In this document: in pieces, positions 1-9,275 of the stretch
How the letters are laid out: every line of letters begins with the position of its first letter
Numbering within the stretch: the first letter of the stretch is position 1
Source of the DNA: Pirellulales bacterium
Lineage (GTDB): Bacteria; Planctomycetota; Planctomycetia; Pirellulales; Lacipirellulaceae
Reading direction: 5' to 3'
Length of the DNA stretch: 64,000 nucleotides
Assembly (NCBI GenBank): GCA_041753435.1
Contig: JBGSUJ010000049.1
Location: 5,580 to 69,579, forward strand
The notes under the pieces: model-generated
Seen by the model: only the letters and a program-made list of their open reading frames with translations
Databases searched by the model: none
What the model was told of the DNA's origin: nothing
Position numbers and translations under genes: made by a program

Positions 1-74
1 GGCTGACGAAGCAATTTAGCGATTGGTCGGTCCGAAGATTCCCTTTACGCGAGACTCATTGAGGAGCACGTCGG

Positions 75-2039
75 ATGGACGGAAAACGACTTCAATTGGC
101 GGCGATCGTCGTAAGTTTCTCTCTATTGTTGGGCTTAGCCGGCCCGCATGCCGCTGCGTTGGCGGCCGCCCCTTCGGCCGCCCAGGCGTTGAGTCTGAAG
201 CCGATCCAGCCGGATGCCGCCTACACTGAGCCCACGAAGGAAGAAATTTCCCAATGCACAATCCGAGCCGAAAAGCAGAATGGCGTTACTGCTTGGGTAG
301 TTCGTAATGCTCGCGGCGAGACCTTGCGACGCTTCGCGGATACGAACGGCGACAATGTCGTGGATTTGTGGTGCTATTTCCAGGAGGGGCTCGAGTCGTA
401 CCGTGATATCGACGCCGACTACAACGGCAAGGCCGACCAATACCGTTGGTTCCAGACCAGCGGCACGCGGTGGGGGATCGACAAGAATGAAGATGGCCGG
501 ATCGACTCCTGGCAAGTGATCTCTGCGCCGGAAGTGGCGGAAGAATTAGTCCTGGCGATCAAGAACCGTGATCGTGCTCGATTCGAGCTCCTGTTGATGA
601 CCTCTCCGGAACTGGCCGAAGCGGGTTTTGGTCGTCCGCAAGCGGAACGACTTTCGGCAGCCTTGAAGGCGGCACCGGCCGCTTTTGCTAAGTTTGCCGC
701 TGAACAAAAGGTGGTGACGCCGCAAAGCGAATTCGCAGATTTTTATCGTACTCGGCCAGCCACCATTCCGGCCGGCACGGACGGGTCGACCAAAGATATT
801 ACGATCCACGACAACGGTTCGGCCCTGGTGACCAACGGCAACAAACACGAGCAAATTTACCTGGGGTCGTTGGTATCGGTTGGTAGTACCTGGAAGCTGT
901 TGGATGTACCGACGATCGGCACCGACAATCAACCGGCGCCAGGTGGTTTGATTACGACCAACGCTCCCGAAAGCGATACTTCGGCACCGGTTGCCAGTGG
1001 TCCGTCGGACGAAATGCAAAAATTGATGGCGGAACTCGAAAAGCTCGATCAACAATCAATTCAAGCCCCTCCGGCACAACAGGCTACTCTGACTGACCGT
1101 CGGGCTCAGATTCTGCGTCAGCTCGCTGACGTTGCAAACGATGAGGAAATGCGGGGCGAGTGGATTCGCCAATTGGCCGACATGTTGAGCAGCGCCGGCC
1201 AGGACCCGAATACCCCCTATACGAAAGGTCTCGAGCAATTAGATGAGTTGGCCGCCGATTTACTCGCCAAGAATGCGAACGACCCCTTGGCGAGCTACGT
1301 GAAATTTCGGCGGATGTGGGCAGATTACGTGATCAGTCAGCAAGACCCCAAAGCGGACTTCGCTAAAATTCAGCAAAAGTGGCTGACGGACCTGGAAACA
1401 TTTGCCAACGAAAACCCAACTAGCCCCGATGCCGCTGAGGCGATGTTGCAGCTCGGCATGTCGCATGAATTTGCAGGAACCACGGACAAAGCGCAGGAGT
1501 GGTATCAGAAGCTAGTGAAGGATTTCCCAAGTAGCGCGCAGGCCGCAAAGGCAAATGGCGTCCTGAGAAGGTTATCTTCGGTGGGCAAGCCGTTCCGGTT
1601 TCGTGCGCAGGATATCAAGGGTGGCGCCGTGGATCTCGCGGCTCCGGCGTACCGCGGCCGAGTGGTATTGATTCAGTACTGGGCCACCTGGGACGTCCGA
1701 TGCAAAGAAGACATGGACCAGCTCAAGGAGCTCTATTCAAAGTACAACGTTCGCGGCGGCTTCGAGATCATTGGCGTATGTCTGGACAAAGATCCGAAGA
1801 CGATGCAAAGCTTCCTGGCTCAGAACCGATACCTGTGGCGGCAGGTTCATGAGCTAGGCGGATTCGATGGCCGCCTGGCCAACGAGATGGGCGTGATGAC
1901 GCTGCCCATGATGATCTTGGTCGATCAAAAGGGGATTGTTGTCGGTGACAACATCTTCGTTGCCAATCTAGAAGGCGAACTGAAACGCCTGATGGGCACG
2001 GCGACCGCTCAAGGTGCCGGAACAATACCGAACCGATAA
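75..2039 (+). CDS. secreted multidomain protein with C-terminal TlpA/ResA-like thioredoxin-fold domain (degenerate CxxC)
   Basis: 654-aa ORF with a signal-like N-terminus (IVVSFSLLLGLAGPHAAALAAAPSAAQA). The last ~150 aa resemble TlpA/AhpC-type redoxins (VVLIQYWATWDVRCKEDM, FEIIGVCLD, MTLPMMILVD), but the motif reads W-D-V-R-C. Confidence 0.75.
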   Translation: MDGKRLQLAAIVVSFSLLLGLAGPHAAALAAAPSAAQALSLKPIQPDAAYTEPTKEEISQCTIRAEKQNGVTAWVVRNARGETLRRFADTNGDNVVDLWCYFQEGLESYRDIDADYNGKADQYRWFQTSGTRWGIDKNEDGRIDSWQVISAPEVAEELVLAIKNRDRARFELLLMTSPELAEAGFGRPQAERLSAALKAAPAAFAKFAAEQKVVTPQSEFADFYRTRPATIPAGTDGSTKDITIHDNGSALVTNGNKHEQIYLGSLVSVGSTWKLLDVPTIGTDNQPAPGGLITTNAPESDTSAPVASGPSDEMQKLMAELEKLDQQSIQAPPAQQATLTDRRAQILRQLADVANDEEMRGEWIRQLADMLSSAGQDPNTPYTKGLEQLDELAADLLAKNANDPLASYVKFRRMWADYVISQQDPKADFAKIQQKWLTDLETFANENPTSPDAAEAMLQLGMSHEFAGTTDKAQEWYQKLVKDFPSSAQAAKANGVLRRLSSVGKPFRFRAQDIKGGAVDLAAPAYRGRVVLIQYWATWDVRCKEDMDQLKELYSKYNVRGGFEIIGVCLDKDPKTMQSFLAQNRYLWRQVHELGGFDGRLANEMGVMTLPMMILVDQKGIVVGDNIFVANLEGELKRLMGTATAQGAGTIPNR

Positions 2040-2091
2040 CGGGCGAGGACACTCAAGGAGGCTTCGCCGGTAGCTGGCTCCTTCCCGCTCG

Positions 2092-2292
2092 CTACCAAGC
2101 GAAGCGGCGATTGCGACGGGCGGAAATGCCGAGCGGCACGCTGGCGTTCGTAGTGCGGCTAGTGCGTCGTTTGGGCGACTTCGCCGAGCGACTTCGGGAG
2201 TATTGTTTGCGAATTATTTCCGACCGCTCAGAAAGTGAATCGCCATCCACGTCGGCAGCTTCAGGCTGTAATTGAATACTTCTCGATCGCAT
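2092..2292 (-). CDS. small highly basic hypothetical protein (66 aa)
   Basis: Internal ATG of the 2092..2508 ORF, preceded by a strong SD (AAGGAGAG, 6 nt spacer, plus-strand ctctcctt at 2298-2305). Product is MRSRSIQLQPEAAD...RRNRRFAW. No family recognised. Confidence 0.4.
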   Translation of the reverse strand: MRSRSIQLQPEAADVDGDSLSERSEIIRKQYSRSRSAKSPKRRTSRTTNASVPLGISARRNRRFAW

Positions 2293-3493
2293 GAATTCTC
2301 TCCTTTGAACTCGCTGGCAGTAGCGCATCTCCACGTTCAACAAGAAGGACAATCGTCGAACGCCATCGAGAGAGCAATCTGCGTGCCATAAACGGCGCCG
2401 CGCGTCGATTCGTCCCGCAGGATAGGTGGTTCCTACCGCGTAGAAAATGACTAGAGAGATGCGCTGAGACTGGGTGATTCTCGTGTCTGTCGGTGACGAT
2501 CGAATCATCGTGGTGGTCTAAAAACTCGTCTTTTTTGTGGGGAGCAACTGAGCTCCAAGCTCGTCCTAATTTCCTTCGCATGGTGAAGTACTCTGAGGAG
2601 CGGCTTAAGTAGTTTTCTCATTGCCATTTACGATCGAATTTCTCGTTAGTCGTTCAGCCCCGTAGCCCAGCAGAGCGAAGCCAAATCCGGCGGAAGTCGA
2701 AGATACGTCAGTCCATAGAACCAGCACACCAGATTGGTGAGCCAATTCACTAAAATGGTGAATCGCGCAGACTCGAACCCTCAATTATCAACGCCAGTTC
2801 GGTTTGTGTTGATTCCGGCCGTAACGTACCGATCGTCCGCGCAAGGTCCGCCAACCCGACCCCTTGCCTTAGAGTAAACGTACTACGATAGCCGTCGCCC
2901 GCTACGAAAGCAGCCCAGACGAACTGCACTGGCTTCAAGCCCCGAAGACCGTCACTCTTGGCGTACGTCGATACTTCCAGATTCAGGCCAGCATGTGCTC
3001 GGCAAGGTATGCCAACGAACTCACGAGCCCAAAAAAGTCTGTTTGGAAAGGCTTTGCGATGAGTTTTGATTGCACCACAAATGGCGCAAGCTATTTCAGG
3101 GGCCCGTCCCAGGACGCACACCCCAACCGGTGGCGCGCAGCGCGAGCGCGATTCCGACCATAGCCATTTTGTCAGGCAAGCCGTGTGCCAGATTGAGGTC
3201 GACGGAACGGTGGGGACCCTGTAAAGTTTGCAACTTCGTTACATTTTGACACTGTACTCCTGCCAATAACTCGACCCTCCGACGATTCCTGACCGACTGT
3301 AAGTAGTTGTTAAATAACATCTTGCAGTCGAGAGCGAAGATTCTGCCAAGGCTCTTTCTTCGGCCTGGCACGTCAATCGCTTGAAGACTCCTGCAGACCG
3401 ACTAGGTTGCCTTGCCACCTCATCCGAAGGACTTGGATGGAGTGGAGATTCAAGGCAACTGCCGACAGAAATTAACCTTGGAAGGAACCAAGG

Positions 3494-3790
3494 ATGAATG
3501 TCCTCCCCGTGTGGTCCCTGACAAGCTTTGTATTTCTGCACTTGGGCGCTCTGGCCTGTGCATGGTGTACGCGTGTGTCGGCCGGATCGCGGTTTGAGCT
3601 GTGTTTCCAATATCTTTTTCTGCTGGCCTTGAGCGCGGTCGGCATTGCAACTTGGTACGGACACTCGGTTGATTTTGGCCGCGGAATCCCTTCTGGAATC
3701 ACGCTGATTTCCATGGTGTTGCTAGCTGTGACCGACTTCCGTCGGTATCACGAACCCGTCCAGCCCAACTCACTTGCGATGTACCGCTAG
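3494..3790 (+). CDS. small hypothetical membrane protein (98 aa, about 3 TM)
   Basis: ORF with three hydrophobic stretches (WSLTSFVFLHLGALACAW, FQYLFLLALSAVGIATW, ITLISMVLLAV). A purine-rich GGAAGGAACCAAGG lies just upstream of the ATG. Confidence 0.45.
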   Translation: MNVLPVWSLTSFVFLHLGALACAWCTRVSAGSRFELCFQYLFLLALSAVGIATWYGHSVDFGRGIPSGITLISMVLLAVTDFRRYHEPVQPNSLAMYR

Positions 3791-4039
3791 CAGAGAACAC
3801 AATTCCTCAGCCGGTTCGTTGCCCGCAGAGCCGGCGCACCTTCCCCAGTTTTGTTCTCTAGCGCCCCAAGACCGGCAAAACCGGAAAAAGACTCCCTTTC
3901 GGCACCACCGTCAGCCGAAACTAACTCCAAGGACCGGGGGTCTTGAGGTTAGGGCGTAGAGCTTGCAGCCGGGCTGCGGTTTCCCTCACCTTGAAATCTG
4001 CCCCCCGACCTCGTGCTATTCGACCTAGGGGGGAAGACA

Positions 4040-5002
4040 ATGCGGACGACGTTATTCATGGCCTGTGTCGCGCTGTCGGTGATGGTGCCGGCTACGCGGG
4101 TCACAGCGCAATCCACACAAGACAAGGCGATCGCCCAAGAGATCGGCAACCAACTGAAGGCCAGTGGCCAACTGCGTGACTATCGCATCGGCGTGAAGTA
4201 CAAAGAGGGCGTTGCGGCGCTATCCGGTACGGTTACCGATCAGCAGCAACTGATCACTGCCGTGCGACTCACGCAGGGAATGAGCAATGTCCATCACGTC
4301 GTCAATAACCTGACGATCACTGGCCAAAGTAATAGCCTCGCAAAACCGGCTTCACAACAGACAGGGCGAGCTTCGTACCATGGTCCTGGACCGCAAGCGG
4401 CCCTCGCGACGCGGACCTCGTACCAACCGAATGGCGCTCAGCAACCAATGATTCGCCAACCAATGAATGGGCAGGCGAACCAAGGACAGGCGATGCAACG
4501 CCAGCCCCAATACCAGGGCCTGCTTCCCATGGGCCAACGCCCACGGGGACCGATGAACGCCGGTCGCATGCCAGCACAAGGCCGCGGCAATGCTCCGTTG
4601 CCCATGGGCCGGCCTCAGGTACAGCAAGCCATGGCCCAACAACAGATGGCCATGCAAGCAGGCTGCAGCAACTGCGGTCCTGGTGGTGGCGGCATGGGAG
4701 GCGGTGGCTACGATGGCGGCATGATGGGTGGGCCACCTGCCATGGGTTACGTGCCCGGAGGTCAATCGGGTGCCGTCAATTACGATAACGCTCAGATGCC
4801 CGGATACGCTTGGCCCAGCTATGCAGCGTATCCAAACTACGCCGCATTGTCCTATCCGAAACAGTACTCGCCTTCGGCTTGGCCATATATCGGTCCCTTC
4901 TATCCGTATCCACAGGTTCCGCTGGGCTGGCGAAAAGTGAGCCTCGAGTGGGACGACGGTTGGTGGTTCCTCGACTTCAGCGACACCGGCGCGAACCACT
5001 AA
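4040..5002 (+). CDS. BON domain protein with Q/M/P/G-rich low-complexity region and aromatic C-terminal domain
   Basis: Start moved to ATG 4040 (GGGGGGAAG upstream), giving a signal peptide MRTTLFMACVALSVMVPATRVTAQ. BON-like segment IGVKYKEGVAALSGTVTDQQQLITAVRL...VVNNLTI. C-terminus is YPYPQVPLGWRKVSLEWDDGWWFLDF. Confidence 0.85.
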   Translation: MRTTLFMACVALSVMVPATRVTAQSTQDKAIAQEIGNQLKASGQLRDYRIGVKYKEGVAALSGTVTDQQQLITAVRLTQGMSNVHHVVNNLTITGQSNSLAKPASQQTGRASYHGPGPQAALATRTSYQPNGAQQPMIRQPMNGQANQGQAMQRQPQYQGLLPMGQRPRGPMNAGRMPAQGRGNAPLPMGRPQVQQAMAQQQMAMQAGCSNCGPGGGGMGGGGYDGGMMGGPPAMGYVPGGQSGAVNYDNAQMPGYAWPSYAAYPNYAALSYPKQYSPSAWPYIGPFYPYPQVPLGWRKVSLEWDDGWWFLDFSDTGANH

Positions 5003-5041
5003 TCGGTTGAATGTTTTCCGCACGATGTGCCTACCCACCAG

Positions 5042-5076
5042 CCCCTGCCGCGAGCACGAATCGCGGCAGGGGTTTT
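5042..5076 (+). terminator. rho-independent terminator after the BON gene
   Basis: Perfect 12-bp stem CCCCTGCCGCGA / TCGCGGCAGGGG (5042-5053 / 5061-5072), 7-nt loop, followed by TTTT. Confidence 0.75.
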
Positions 5077-5313
5077 GCATGCGCGCTGGTGATGCAGTGC
5101 TATTGCTAGTGGACGCGGTAGTTTTTTCGTCACAACCGGAAAAACCCGCAAGTTCTTCCCAGTCTCACTCGATAACAAATTCCTAGCGGAAGTCAGGCTT
5201 CGCCAGGCGTCGGCCTCGCGCACATTTCCGAGTTGCCTCATTTCGACGGCCAAACATCGGCAACTGCGTTTCCGATCGATGGAAGCGCCCGATCGCATCA
5301 CAAAGGACGAACG

Positions 5314-5895
5314 ATGGCACGATCAATAATCCTGGGACAAGGACTTGCTTTAGCTTTCCTCACGCTCTTCACAACGGGCTGTGGGTGGGGACTGGCGACA
5401 CAGGGTCCGAGCTTGGGTCCGGTTTTGGCGATTCCGATTCCGGTCAGCCCTTACTTCCAAGCACGCAAGGAAGGGGAAGCTTGGGATAAAGAACGCTACG
5501 ATCGCGTGCCGATCCTCGGGCCGATCACATCGGGGGGGCCGCCGGTCGCGCTCGATACCCCCAGCGACGACGAAGTGATTCGCGCATTGGAAAAAGCCCG
5601 ACCGGTCGAGGGTGGTGTCCCGCTGCTTTACGAGCGCAATCGCAATAACGTGCGAATCGTGAAGTACAAGATTGCCGACTACGTCGATCCACCGCGGGTT
5701 TATCCCCTTCTTGGACCTGCTCAGCAGCACCACGCCCATTACAAGTGCATCATCTACTACGAAGACGTCCGCAGAATCGGTTGGCCTGTGCCGCACACGA
5801 TTCGCGATAGCGACACGGAAGAAGTGATCTACATCGACCATAACCACTTGCATATGGTTGGCAACGTTGATACTGGTGCGGGCGCTCACTTTTAG
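5314..5895 (+). CDS. hypothetical lipoprotein
   Basis: Start at ATG 5314 gives MARSIILGQGLALAFLTLFTTGC, a lipobox-like LFTTGC. The rest has coding-like composition. No family recognised. Confidence 0.7.
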   Translation: MARSIILGQGLALAFLTLFTTGCGWGLATQGPSLGPVLAIPIPVSPYFQARKEGEAWDKERYDRVPILGPITSGGPPVALDTPSDDEVIRALEKARPVEGGVPLLYERNRNNVRIVKYKIADYVDPPRVYPLLGPAQQHHAHYKCIIYYEDVRRIGWPVPHTIRDSDTEEVIYIDHNHLHMVGNVDTGAGAHF

Positions 5896-6052
5896 TCCAA
5901 GCGGTCCGTTGCGTCCGGGGAGTGAAAACGAGACAAGGAGATCGGGAGACACGGAGTCAAAAGAGATAGGTGGGCCGGCCGTCCACGCGGATTCTCTTTG
6001 ACTCACGTACTCTCAGTCTTCTTGCCTTTGTCATTAAAGAGAGTAGTTTTGC

Positions 6053-6778
6053 ATGAGCTCGGCCATCTTGATGCTTGCTGATGCCGCGGCCGTACCCGCT
6101 CCCGCGAAAAGTTTGTTCGAGATGCTAGTGGCGGGCGGGCCTCTGATGATCCCGATTTTGCTCGCTTCGTTTATCATGTTGTTGATCACGTTCGAGCGAT
6201 TGCTGAGTTTGCGTCGCCGCCGGGTGGTGCCCCGCTTGTTTGTCGAGCGATTTTTGCTGCAATTGCGCGAAGGAGCTCTGGATCGCTCGGAAGCACTCGA
6301 AAAATGCGACGACGAACCAAGCCATATTGCACAGGTGTTTGCCGCGGCGCTGCGGAAATGGGGCAAGCCGGCAGTGGAGGTTGAGCAAGCAGTTTTGGAC
6401 GAAGGCGAGCGAGTCGCCAACGTGTTGCGGAAGTACTTGCGCGTGATGAATGGCATCTCCACGGTTTCGCCGCTGTTGGGACTGGCTGGCACGGTGTGGG
6501 GAATGATGAATGCATTCAATGTGATTGCCACCAACTCGGCGATGGGGCGGGCTGAAATGCTGGCCGGCGGAATTAGCGTAGCACTAGTTACGACTGCCTC
6601 TGGTCTGATGGTCGCCATCCCGGCAATGATCCTCTTTATGTACTTTGTTGGTCGTGTGGATGGCCTCGTGATGGAGATCGACAGCCACGGCCAGGAGTTG
6701 GTGAACCTGATTTCGGCCGAAGCCCTGGAGGAACGAAAAGCCGGCCGTTCGACCATTTTCCGCCGCAAGGCGGCTTAA
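6053..6778 (+). CDS. exbB: MotA/TolQ/ExbB proton-channel family protein
   Basis: Three TM segments and the family signature region GLAGTVWGMMNAF...GGISVALVTTASGLMVAIPAMILFMYF. Confidence 0.9.
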   Translation: MSSAILMLADAAAVPAPAKSLFEMLVAGGPLMIPILLASFIMLLITFERLLSLRRRRVVPRLFVERFLLQLREGALDRSEALEKCDDEPSHIAQVFAAALRKWGKPAVEVEQAVLDEGERVANVLRKYLRVMNGISTVSPLLGLAGTVWGMMNAFNVIATNSAMGRAEMLAGGISVALVTTASGLMVAIPAMILFMYFVGRVDGLVMEIDSHGQELVNLISAEALEERKAGRSTIFRRKAA

Positions 6779-6799
6779 CGGCGAAAGCGTTTCCACCTC

Positions 6800-7231
6800 A
6801 TGCCGCTCAAGTTGCAACAAGACGCGGAAATCCAACTGAACCTCACACCGATGATCGATGTGTTGTTCCTGTTGATCATTTTCTTCATGGTTGCGACAAC
6901 CTTTGGCGACCTGGAGCGGAATATGGAACTGCAGGTGCCCGAGGTAACGGAAGCCGGCGACTCGATTCGCCCGATCCAGCCGCTGGTAGTCAATGTATTC
7001 GCCGACGGCACACTCTCTCTCGACGATCAACCGCTTACCTTGGACGAGTTGGCATCCCAGCTAGTCGAAGCCCGTAGCCGGATCGGACAGCCGACCGTTG
7101 TCATCCGGGGCGATGCCGACTGTGCGTTTCAGAGCGTGGCGTCGGTGCTCGCGGCCTGCAAGAGCGCGAACATCTCGGAACTGGGCATCACCGTTCGCAT
7201 TGCGGCGTCCGGTGCTTCGGTGCCGCGCTAA
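6800..7231 (+). CDS. exbD: ExbD/TolR biopolymer transport protein
   Basis: N-terminal LNLTPMIDVLFLLIIFFMV TM typical of ExbD/TolR. Lies 21 bp after exbB. Confidence 0.9.
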   Translation: MPLKLQQDAEIQLNLTPMIDVLFLLIIFFMVATTFGDLERNMELQVPEVTEAGDSIRPIQPLVVNVFADGTLSLDDQPLTLDELASQLVEARSRIGQPTVVIRGDADCAFQSVASVLAACKSANISELGITVRIAASGASVPR

Positions 7232-7247
7232 GCCCGCGACGGTGATT

Positions 7248-9020
7248 ATGCCCAGGTTCCTGATACTTGCTGGCCTTCTGCAGAATCTCTTGGCTGTGCG
7301 CCCGCTCTACTTGATTATTTGGTGTGGTCTGGTTGGCCTTAGCGTGGCACTGGTTTTGCTAATGCACAGCCAGCGGAGTCGAAAACATCCTATTTACCGC
7401 TGTGCGCTGGCTTCCCTATTGGTGCATGTGGTGTTTGTCGGACTCACGATGATGGTGCGCCTGGTCGTCGGCGACGGCGGGGCAGGGGACGGGCCGCCGA
7501 TCCACGTTAAGCTAGTCGACGACATCCAGACAATTGGGCCAAGCACACTTGCAGCTCCGCCCCAACTGCCTGTCGAGAGCGAACAAGGGCCGATCGTCGC
7601 GCCGACGGGCAACTTGGTAGCCTCGAACGAAGTCTTGTCGGAGGACGCGACGAATTCGGAGGTTGTCTTCGAGCCGCCACCGCTTCTTGTTTCCCCTGAG
7701 CCGATCGCGGAAAAACAAATCGAGCTCAACGACAAAGCCAGTTCAGGGCAAGAAACCTTGGCCCAGGAAACGCCGACAGTTCCTCAGTCAGTATTGCCTA
7801 TGGCGGAAGCGGTTGAGACTGTGTCGACAGAGGCTGCGGCGCCCTCTGAAGTGACAGAAGTAGCCAGTCAGGTTTTGTCAGCTACGAGTCCCTACGCTCT
7901 CCGGCAGGCCGCTGACCGTCTGAAATATGCTGAACAGCATGGTGGCAGTGTGGAAACGGAAGCCGCTGTGGCGGCCGCCCTTCAATGGCTGGTTCAATCG
8001 CAGTCGCCCGACGGCCGCTGGGATGCCAGCCGTTTTGGTGCCGGCCACGAAATGGCTGTGCAGGGACAAAATCGTGGCGGGGCCGGGGCCGATGCGGATA
8101 GCGGCATATCGGCACTGGCACTACTGGCTTTGATGGGAGCCGGTCATACTCCTGTCGCAGGGGATTACCAATCGAACGTTACCAAAGGACTTGAGTTCTT
8201 GATGCGTGGACAGTCGGCCGACGGCCATCTGGCGAGCGAAACCAGCCTTTACGCTAGAATGTACTGTCACTCGATGGCCACTTTCGCCCTGGCAGAGGCA
8301 TTCGCGCTAACAAGTGACAAGCGGCTCGAACCGGTGGTCGGACGTGCGGTCGATTATTCTCTCCGAGCGCAGCATCCTTCGACCGGCGGTTGGCGATACC
8401 AGCCCGACGACACAGGAGATACCAGCCAACTCGGTTGGCAACTGATGTCGTTATGGAGCGCCGAGCGGGCCGGCATCAAGATTCCGCCCCCGACCTGGAC
8501 CGGGGCCGAGCGATTCCTCCGCAGCGTACGTCGCGGACGTCACGGCGGACTGGCCAGCTATCGGGCCGACGGCCCGGCCAGTACGCCGATGACAGCCGAG
8601 GCATTGTACTGCCGTCATTTGGTCCGTGAAGTACTTGGCGGAGGCACCGATCTGGCCGCGGCGAACGAAGCTACCGCTGCTTTGCTTGCAATGCCCCCCG
8701 AACCAAATCGCGTCAACTTGTACTATTGGTATTATGGCACCCTGGCACTCCATCACCAGCAAGAGGCGAGTAGCGAAACGGCGGCGGCGTGGCTGTCGTG
8801 GAATGCGGCTCTGACACGGGTGTTGTTAGATTCGCAAATCAGCGACGGCCCTGAGGCGGGAAGCTGGGAGCCTAACTGTGTCTGGGGCGGCTACGGGGGC
8901 CGAATTTATTCGACGGCCATCGGGGCGATGTGTCTGGAGGTTTACTACCGATATACGACCGGGCCAGATTACGACGGCTGGACGGCAACAGGGCCGGAAG
9001 TTCGCCGTTTACCACAATAA
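7248..9020 (+). CDS. membrane-anchored protein with Pro/Glu-rich linker and prenyltransferase/squalene-oxidase-like (alpha/alpha toroid) repeat domain
   Basis: ATG 7248 lies 16 bp after the exbD stop; the upstream part of ORF 7098..9020 overlaps exbD. N-terminal TM helices, then a ~170-aa P/E/S/V-rich linker, then repeats QSPDGRWD, QSADGHL, STGGWRY, SDGPEAGSWE. Confidence 0.8.
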   Translation: MPRFLILAGLLQNLLAVRPLYLIIWCGLVGLSVALVLLMHSQRSRKHPIYRCALASLLVHVVFVGLTMMVRLVVGDGGAGDGPPIHVKLVDDIQTIGPSTLAAPPQLPVESEQGPIVAPTGNLVASNEVLSEDATNSEVVFEPPPLLVSPEPIAEKQIELNDKASSGQETLAQETPTVPQSVLPMAEAVETVSTEAAAPSEVTEVASQVLSATSPYALRQAADRLKYAEQHGGSVETEAAVAAALQWLVQSQSPDGRWDASRFGAGHEMAVQGQNRGGAGADADSGISALALLALMGAGHTPVAGDYQSNVTKGLEFLMRGQSADGHLASETSLYARMYCHSMATFALAEAFALTSDKRLEPVVGRAVDYSLRAQHPSTGGWRYQPDDTGDTSQLGWQLMSLWSAERAGIKIPPPTWTGAERFLRSVRRGRHGGLASYRADGPASTPMTAEALYCRHLVREVLGGGTDLAAANEATAALLAMPPEPNRVNLYYWYYGTLALHHQQEASSETAAAWLSWNAALTRVLLDSQISDGPEAGSWEPNCVWGGYGGRIYSTAIGAMCLEVYYRYTTGPDYDGWTATGPEVRRLPQ

Positions 9021-9203
9021 AGGTCGCCATGGGATCGCGACCCACAGCTTCATGCGAACTTGACCCAGTTTGGCCAATCGCTTAACTTTGAAACAAGTTG
9101 GGGTCAAAGCGAACCGACTATAAGCAAGTCAATTCTGGCCCTGGCGGCGAAATAGGTTGCTAGCACCGGCAGGATTTAGGGACAACAAAAATTTTTGATT
9201 CTC

Positions 9204-9275
9204 GGCGCCGTCGCCAAGTGGCTAAGGCATCGGATTGCAAATCCGAGATCGTGAGTTCGACTCTCACCGGCGCCT
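9204..9275 (+). tRNA. tRNA-Cys (anticodon GCA)
   Basis: Manual cloverleaf: acceptor GGCGCCG/CGGCGCC, anticodon arm TCGGA-TTGCAAA-TCCGA, T arm GTGAG-TTCGACT-CTCAC. CCA is not encoded. Confidence 0.95.

Noticed and set aside
2631-2661. tmRNA 5' end look-alike on the minus strand (GGGGCTGAACGAC...TTCGATCG)
   Set aside because: No complementary ...CAGCCCCACCA 3' end lies within 300-450 nt downstream, and no tRNA-like domain is present. Probably a chance match.
2756-2780. tRNA or tmRNA gene on the minus strand (GGGTTCGAGTCTGCGCGATTCACCA, T-loop plus CCA look-alike)
   Set aside because: The T-stem cannot pair (GAGGG versus CTGCG). No D or anticodon arm, no matching 5' acceptor strand at tRNA distance, and no tmRNA tag ORF ending in a typical ...LAA stop were found. 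It is kept only as a possible att-site remnant.
4352-6768. Minus-strand ORFs 4352..5080 (242 aa), 5350..6006 (218 aa) and 6034..6768 (244 aa)
   Set aside because: They are antisense to the BON, lipoprotein and exbB genes. They have no motifs and a shadow-ORF composition.
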